From positions 1-29,948 of the IMG/VR virus record IMGVR_UViG_3300037499_000048: 29,948 bases of DNA; one strand, written 5' to 3'. This document shows, piece by piece, positions 25,214 through 29,948 of this stretch. This stretch comes from a virus. Its lineage: Duplodnaviria; Caudoviricetes. Positions within the stretch are counted from its first letter, which is position 1; the number at the start of each line of letters is the position of its first letter. Both the position numbers and the translations under genes were made by a program. Below the pieces are notes generated by a model, which ran no database searches, was not told the DNA's origin, and saw nothing but the letters and a program-made list of their open reading frames with translations.

Positions 25214-26235
25214 GTGATGATCCTTCGGAGTCGTAGCGCCCCGTCGTCGAGACGCTGACGGTTGATGAGAACGGTGGACGCTTCGCCACTGCCGGGCTGG
25301 TCGTCCGGATCACCGCCATCCGTGCTCCGCGCATCGGATCGCCCGGTGAGTTCAAGGTCCGCGGCGAGCCCGAGTTCGGCTGCCAGCTCGCGGAGAAGTG
25401 CACGATGTTCGGTCGGGTCCAGCTGCGCCAGCAGCGACCGCACCGACACCGTGGTCTGATCGTAGGCGGGGAACACGACCGGCCCGCATTCGGCGGTGTC
25501 CGTGTCGACGATCTCCCGCAGGTCGACGTCGCCGCTGCGGCGGGTCCACGTGTCGCCGCCGTCGGGGATGCTGAACCGGAATGACATGCCCCGGATGGCC
25601 CGCTCGGCGATGGCCTGCCGCACCGGCTCGACCGTCGCGTTGTCGAACAACTGCGCCCGCACGTACAGCCCGTTGTCGTCTTCGCGGATGTCCTGAATCG
25701 AGCCGATCGGCACGGCGCCGACACGGGGGTCGCGGCCGTGCTCGAACTGCAGCACCGGCGTGCGCTGCTCCAGGCTGCGCTTGAACGCACCCGGCAGGAT
25801 CACCTCGTCGAAGTCCCCGCCGAATGCGGCGATGCGGGTGGTCTGGTTGAACACGGCGGCGTAGCCCTCGAGGGTTCGGCCGTCGTGATGTTGAAGGCTG
25901 GAGCGGGACTCGAAGTCGAATGCCCGCACGCACATGCCGGCCACGTCGGGGCGGGCCGAGCTGCCGACATCGATGCCGAACTTCTTCGCCGCTGCCTTGA
26001 TCTTGGGCATTGCTTTCGCTCCGAACGGTGATTGTGATGCCCGCGCCAGCGCGTTGCGCACGTGCGCGGCGTCATGGATCGGGAAGTGCCGCTTCGACCG
26101 CGGCGTCGTCTTGCCCTGCTCGTCCTTGCTGCCGCCCGATTCGATGTAGGCGAACGCCGAGTCGGGCAGATCGTTGATCCGCTTAGCGGTCATCTCTGCC
26201 CGCTCGGTGGCGTCGAGCTCCGTGACCGTGTGCAT
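25210..26235 (-). CDS. HK97-family prohead protease with extra N-terminal domain (341 aa)
   Basis: RTLEGYAAVFN...F.EVILPGAF...LQFEHG...EDDNGLYV...GMSFRF...E.GPVVFPAY..T.V..RS. The N-terminal ~90 aa LPDSAFAY...RHFPIHDAAHVRNALAR looks DUF6582-like. Confidence 0.9.
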   Translation of the reverse strand: MHTVTELDATERAEMTAKRINDLPDSAFAYIESGGSKDEQGKTTPRSKRHFPIHDAAHVRNALARASQSPFGAKAMPKIKAAAKKFGIDVGSSARPDVAGMCVRAFDFESRSSLQHHDGRTLEGYAAVFNQTTRIAAFGGDFDEVILPGAFKRSLEQRTPVLQFEHGRDPRVGAVPIGSIQDIREDDNGLYVRAQLFDNATVEPVRQAIAERAIRGMSFRFSIPDGGDTWTRRSGDVDLREIVDTDTAECGPVVFPAYDQTTVSVRSLLAQLDPTEHRALLRELAAELGLAADLELTGRSDARSTDGGDPDDQPGSGEASTVLINRQRLDDGALRLRRIIT

Positions 26236-26236
26236 G

Positions 26237-27667
26237 TCAGGACTCCTTGCCCGTCGGAAGTTTCGGCCGGTCGCCGTTCGGCACCGCCGGTTGGGTCACC
26301 GTCCCGGGCGGCTGCAACTGCACCGAAACCAGGCCGGTGTGGACCAGCAGGTTCATGTCCTGCCCGATCACCGCTGCTGTCGCCGATGGGGCGGTGAAAC
26401 CCTCACGCACCAGCATCGTGATCGTCGTCGCCTGGATCTGCTGGATCTCGGCTGCGTCCTTGGCGTCCTCGCGCAGCAGCGGCATGTCCGCGGTGTCGAA
26501 CCACAACTCCGAATCCGGCTCGCCGCTGCGGCTCTTCGGCAGGGTCAGAATGGACTCCAGCGATGCCGAGATGTCCTGCAGCGATGGATAGATCCACGAG
26601 TCCGCGAATATGCGCCGAGCCATGCCGAAATTGCCCTGGTTCAGCGACGACCCGGCCAGACCCTCAGAGATGCCCAGCAACGGCGCCGGCACCCGGCCCA
26701 GGAACGCGATCCGCGTCTCCCCGGCACCTTGCGTCGCCTTGAACTCCAACTGCTTGAGGTCGGCCCCGACCGGTGTCGCGTCCGCGCCGGCGGTCAAATA
26801 CAGCGTGCGATAGGCGTTGGCGACGCCCTGATGCCGCTGGTCGATCATGTCGACGATGCCGTCGAACTGCTCCTTCGTCACCGCCGGGATGCCCTTGACG
26901 ACCAGGTTGACGGTGGCGCCGTTCTCGAAGAACTTGACCTTGTGGTCGGTCGCCAGCCGGTCACCCTGAATGTCCCGCAGCGCCGCGGTCACCCACGACT
27001 GGCCCATCCCGGGGCGCTCCGGGTCCGGGATCTGCGACCAATGCGCGAACTCGTCCGGCAGCAGCGTCTGCGGCTTGTTCCGCGACGCGTCCAGCCCGCC
27101 GTTCTGGTACACCAACCCGAGCAGCGTGCCGTCCAGCGCGGTCGCCGCGTCCTCCGGCTCCTGCTCCGAACCCCACAACAGGCCGCACCAGTCCGGGCGC
27201 AACACCCGCAACCGGTCCGGTTGCCGCGCCACGTAAGCGTTGCCGGCCAGACCCGAGTGCCACTCCATCGTCGCAAGCAGATCGCCGGTCGTGGCGTGCG
27301 GCCACGGGCGCTCCAGGATGCCCAACTCGCGGGTTCCGAACGTGCGCCGCGGCGTCGGCGACGACGGACGGTTACGCCAGATGAACCGCGCCTGCGACAG
27401 CACCAGCGCGCGCACCATCTGCGCCGCAAACGCCGGCGGACAGGCCCGCAACGCCGCCGCATAGCCGGGCAGCGTCGCCGCGATCCGCTGCACCCGAGTA
27501 CCCGCCAAAGTCTGATTCAGCCCATGCAGCGGGTACGAATGCCCGTTGTAGCTGAACTGCCCCGGGATCAGGTAGTCGGTGATGTACTGATCGATACTGA
27601 ACCGGCCCTCAGACCGGCCCACATCGTCACGTTCAGCGGCGATCCGCTCAAGCAGTCCTGCCGCCAC
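26237..27667 (-). CDS. Portal protein (HK97 family, 476 aa)
   Basis: ILERPWP..T..DL...L.GNAY, LRPDW, KFFENGAT, G.ANAY.TL.L..GAD...G, RIA..GRVP..LLG; lies between terminase and protease. Confidence 0.93.
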   Translation of the reverse strand: MAAGLLERIAAERDDVGRSEGRFSIDQYITDYLIPGQFSYNGHSYPLHGLNQTLAGTRVQRIAATLPGYAAALRACPPAFAAQMVRALVLSQARFIWRNRPSSPTPRRTFGTRELGILERPWPHATTGDLLATMEWHSGLAGNAYVARQPDRLRVLRPDWCGLLWGSEQEPEDAATALDGTLLGLVYQNGGLDASRNKPQTLLPDEFAHWSQIPDPERPGMGQSWVTAALRDIQGDRLATDHKVKFFENGATVNLVVKGIPAVTKEQFDGIVDMIDQRHQGVANAYRTLYLTAGADATPVGADLKQLEFKATQGAGETRIAFLGRVPAPLLGISEGLAGSSLNQGNFGMARRIFADSWIYPSLQDISASLESILTLPKSRSGEPDSELWFDTADMPLLREDAKDAAEIQQIQATTITMLVREGFTAPSATAAVIGQDMNLLVHTGLVSVQLQPPGTVTQPAVPNGDRPKLPTGKES

Positions 27668-27669
27668 AT

Positions 27670-27900
27670 TCAGCCACCCTTACTCACCAGAGCAGACGAG
27701 GCGCGACCCTCTTTCCACCCAACCCTGACAGCGGTCCACGACCAGGCGAACGCGAACCACACGACATTCACCAACTTGGCCGCCAGCCACCCGACCACGT
27801 AGAACAACCCGGCCAGCAGCGTCAGCACCGCCCGACCGAGCTCGATCTGGCGCGCCTCCGCGGTGATCCGCTCCACCGGGACTCGGTCAAGAACTGCCAT
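27670..27900 (-). CDS. Small membrane protein between terminase and portal (76 aa)
   Basis: AGGAG RBS before ATG at 27900; hydrophobic stretch VLTLLAGLFYVVGWLAAKLVNVVWFAFAWSW. Confidence 0.75.
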   Translation of the reverse strand: MAVLDRVPVERITAEARQIELGRAVLTLLAGLFYVVGWLAAKLVNVVWFAFAWSWTAVRVGWKEGRASSALVSKGG

Positions 27901-27908
27901 TGCGTCTC

Positions 27909-29516
27909 CTATCGCCAAGCCCCGAAGAACGGCTGCTCCTGCTCGACCAGCCCGTGCTCGATCGCGTGCGCCCGCGCCTCATGCGCCAGCACGGCGGCCA
28001 CCGCAGCGTCGATGAGCAGCCCGTCGCCACGCTTGGCCATCTTCAAGTAGTGGGTGGTCAGCGTCTCGTCCTCACCAGGCCGCGGCTTCTTCTTCGACCC
28101 TTTCACCAGTACAGCGTTCTTCGCGTGCCTACTCAACACGTCATGCGAGGTGTACGTGATCTCCCCGGCACCGAACGAGGTGGTGAACCGTTCGATAGCC
28201 CGGTCCATCCGCTGCTCGACGTTCGTCGGGAAATCCACCACCCGCTGCTCGCCGAACGCGGCCACCCAGTTGTCCAGGTAGTCCTGCCACCGGTACGGGT
28301 CGGCGAACATGCACGCCACGTTGTACAGCTCGAACGCGTCCCGCACCACCCGATCGACCTCAGCCGTCGGAACCTTCCAGTCCGGGCCGTCAGCCTCGCC
28401 GCGCTCCCAGACCCGCACCACGAACAGCCGGCCATCGGAGATCCGCGAAGCGATCAGGGCCGTGGCGTCCCGGTATTTCGACCCGTCGAAACCGAGCGCG
28501 ACCGCGTCACCCTTGACCAGCGCCTCGTCGTCCTTGGCCTGCAGATCCCACCGCAGCGGGTCCACGAACACCGACTGGCCGACGACGATCTCGTTCAGGA
28601 AGAACCGCCGCCGGTCCGCCTCCAGGTGCCGCGACGAACGGCACTCACCCATGATCCGGCCCTTGATATTCACCCAGCCGCCGCGCTCACGCGCCGAATC
28701 GCCGTACTGGCGCAACAACTCCCGGTACAGCGCCTCATCGTCGTCCAGGTCCTCGACCCGTTGCGTCTCAACCGTGTCCACGAACACGTCCCGGTCTGAC
28801 GACTCCGCGGTGACCTGCGCCTCCGAGCCCTCCGTCGGGTCGTAGGCGTTCGTCAACTCCAACCAGCGACCGTCCATGCCGGCCACATTCCGCTTCACCG
28901 CGCCGCACACCCGGCGGTAGCCGCCCTGCAGGGTGAACAGATGCGACTCGGTGATCGTCACGAACGTCATCGGCGCACCCAGCCGGGCCTTCGCCGACGT
29001 CGTCGCCGGCTCCAGCTTCCCGCCGCTGGCAAGATCCACCTTCGTCTGCCCGACCTCGCGCACCGCGGGCAAGTCCAGGATCGGCCCCAGCCGAGCCATC
29101 GCCAGCAACGGCCGCCACGTGTTGTCCGTCTGATCTTCCGACGTGCCCAGACACACGATCAGCGGCGTCGGGTACGGCGCGCCCACCGGCTCACCGGCAG
29201 CGTTCCAGCCGTCGAACCGGGTCGGCCCCAACGCCTCGGCCCAACAGATCGCCGCCCCGAACGGGTCCTTGCCCCACTTCTGCGACCGCCGCAACTGAGC
29301 ACCCGTGTGCGACAGTCCGATCGGGCCCGGCCACGGCTCAGCCTCCGGATCCAGCCGGTAGAACTGCAGCAGAAACCGCCACATCTCGTCCGTCAGCATG
29401 AACGGCTTACCCTGCCGGTAGCCGTCCGGGATCACGCAATGCGACTCGATCCACTCGCCAGCGTCATAACCCAGCGTTGGGTACTCGCCCTCGTGCTCAG
29501 GGCCGCGCCACGGCAC
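27909..29516 (-). CDS. Terminase large subunit (535 aa)
   Basis: LT.EM.RF, Walker A-like RSQKWGKDP, SEDQT.NTW, variant Walker B FVTITESH, motif III TNAY; nuclease LGFDGS..RDATAL, ADPYRW and IDAAVAAVLA. Confidence 0.93.
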   Translation of the reverse strand: MPWRGPEHEGEYPTLGYDAGEWIESHCVIPDGYRQGKPFMLTDEMWRFLLQFYRLDPEAEPWPGPIGLSHTGAQLRRSQKWGKDPFGAAICWAEALGPTRFDGWNAAGEPVGAPYPTPLIVCLGTSEDQTDNTWRPLLAMARLGPILDLPAVREVGQTKVDLASGGKLEPATTSAKARLGAPMTFVTITESHLFTLQGGYRRVCGAVKRNVAGMDGRWLELTNAYDPTEGSEAQVTAESSDRDVFVDTVETQRVEDLDDDEALYRELLRQYGDSARERGGWVNIKGRIMGECRSSRHLEADRRRFFLNEIVVGQSVFVDPLRWDLQAKDDEALVKGDAVALGFDGSKYRDATALIASRISDGRLFVVRVWERGEADGPDWKVPTAEVDRVVRDAFELYNVACMFADPYRWQDYLDNWVAAFGEQRVVDFPTNVEQRMDRAIERFTTSFGAGEITYTSHDVLSRHAKNAVLVKGSKKKPRPGEDETLTTHYLKMAKRGDGLLIDAAVAAVLAHEARAHAIEHGLVEQEQPFFGAWR

Positions 29517-29912
29517 TCAGACCGCCTTGATCCGACGACGAACATCCGAGGATTCGCGGTGCTCTTTCACCTCGTCGGCGACGATCTCCCACAACAGCAT
29601 CCGCATCGCCTTCGGCGTCAAGCCCAGCCGGTCCTCGAGGTGCCGCGCCTCGGCAAGCGCATCCTTGTCGAGCACCTCTGCAGCCAACGCAACTCGGGCG
29701 TAACGGGCCACCACCCGCGTCCAGCCCAGACGCTGCCACGCGACCGCCTGCGGGGTGGCCCAAAGCTGCCGCCAGATGCGCTGGATCTGCGCGTTCGGCT
29801 TCCCGTCCAGCGGCCACGCGGGCGGCGCACCCTTGCGACCCTCGGCCGGCAGTTGCAGCGGCCCGACCCGCGAATTGCGGCGAACGGGGTTGATCTTAGG
29901 CGTGGGGGGCAT
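29517..29912 (-). CDS. Terminase small subunit (131 aa)
   Basis: GGGAGG RBS; P.WPL...W..LWATPQAVAW...EARHLEDRLGLTPKAMRML.W; abuts the large subunit. Confidence 0.88.
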   Translation of the reverse strand: MPPTPKINPVRRNSRVGPLQLPAEGRKGAPPAWPLDGKPNAQIQRIWRQLWATPQAVAWQRLGWTRVVARYARVALAAEVLDKDALAEARHLEDRLGLTPKAMRMLLWEIVADEVKEHRESSDVRRRIKAV

Positions 29913-29948
29913 GAGCGACCTCCCAAACTGTACAAATTGCGAGTCAGG

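Noticed and set aside
8833-28799. Long plus-strand ORFs (e.g. 8833..10080, 21789..23348, 23564..25258, 26174..27802)
   Set aside because: Antisense shadows expected in high-GC DNA. They lie fully over well-supported minus-strand genes and show no recognisable motifs.
29913-29948. Possible cos/packaging site upstream of the small terminase gene
   Set aside because: The position is suggestive, but only 36 bp are visible and no cohesive-end sequence can be identified.
1-29948. tRNA, rRNA, integrase, IS element or intron/intein
   Set aside because: None seen. Genes tile almost without gaps, and terminase, portal and capsid have normal lengths. Whether this is a prophage or a free phage cannot be decided from this window.

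Overview
This window is almost entirely the late (virion and lysis) operon of a high-GC siphovirus or prophage, most likely infecting an actinobacterium. It is encoded on the minus strand and read right to left: terminase small and large subunits, portal, HK97-type prohead protease, major capsid protein, head-tail and tail genes (including a -1 frameshifted tail chaperone), tape measure, distal tail/hub, an amidase endolysin with an r1t-type holin and three more membrane proteins, then about 7.7 kb of post-lysis fibre, spike and exported-protein genes. The most striking feature is a sugar-synthesis and glycosylation system built into the structural operon by start/stop overlaps. A two-domain GT-A glycosyltransferase, an NDP-hexose 3-C-methyltransferase, a GDP-mannose 4,6-dehydratase and a GT2 follow the capsid gene, and a CgeB-like glycosyltransferase sits directly before the tail-tube gene. 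This suggests a virion decorated with a phage-made branched-chain (C-methyl) deoxysugar. A pseudoknot-like element that can sequester the ribosome-binding site lies just upstream of this block. Other notable items are a single antisense membrane-protein gene with its own promoter, a repeat-based fibre module, several exported proteins, and small genes missed by the ORF track. All family calls come from motif recognition by eye; no database search was run.
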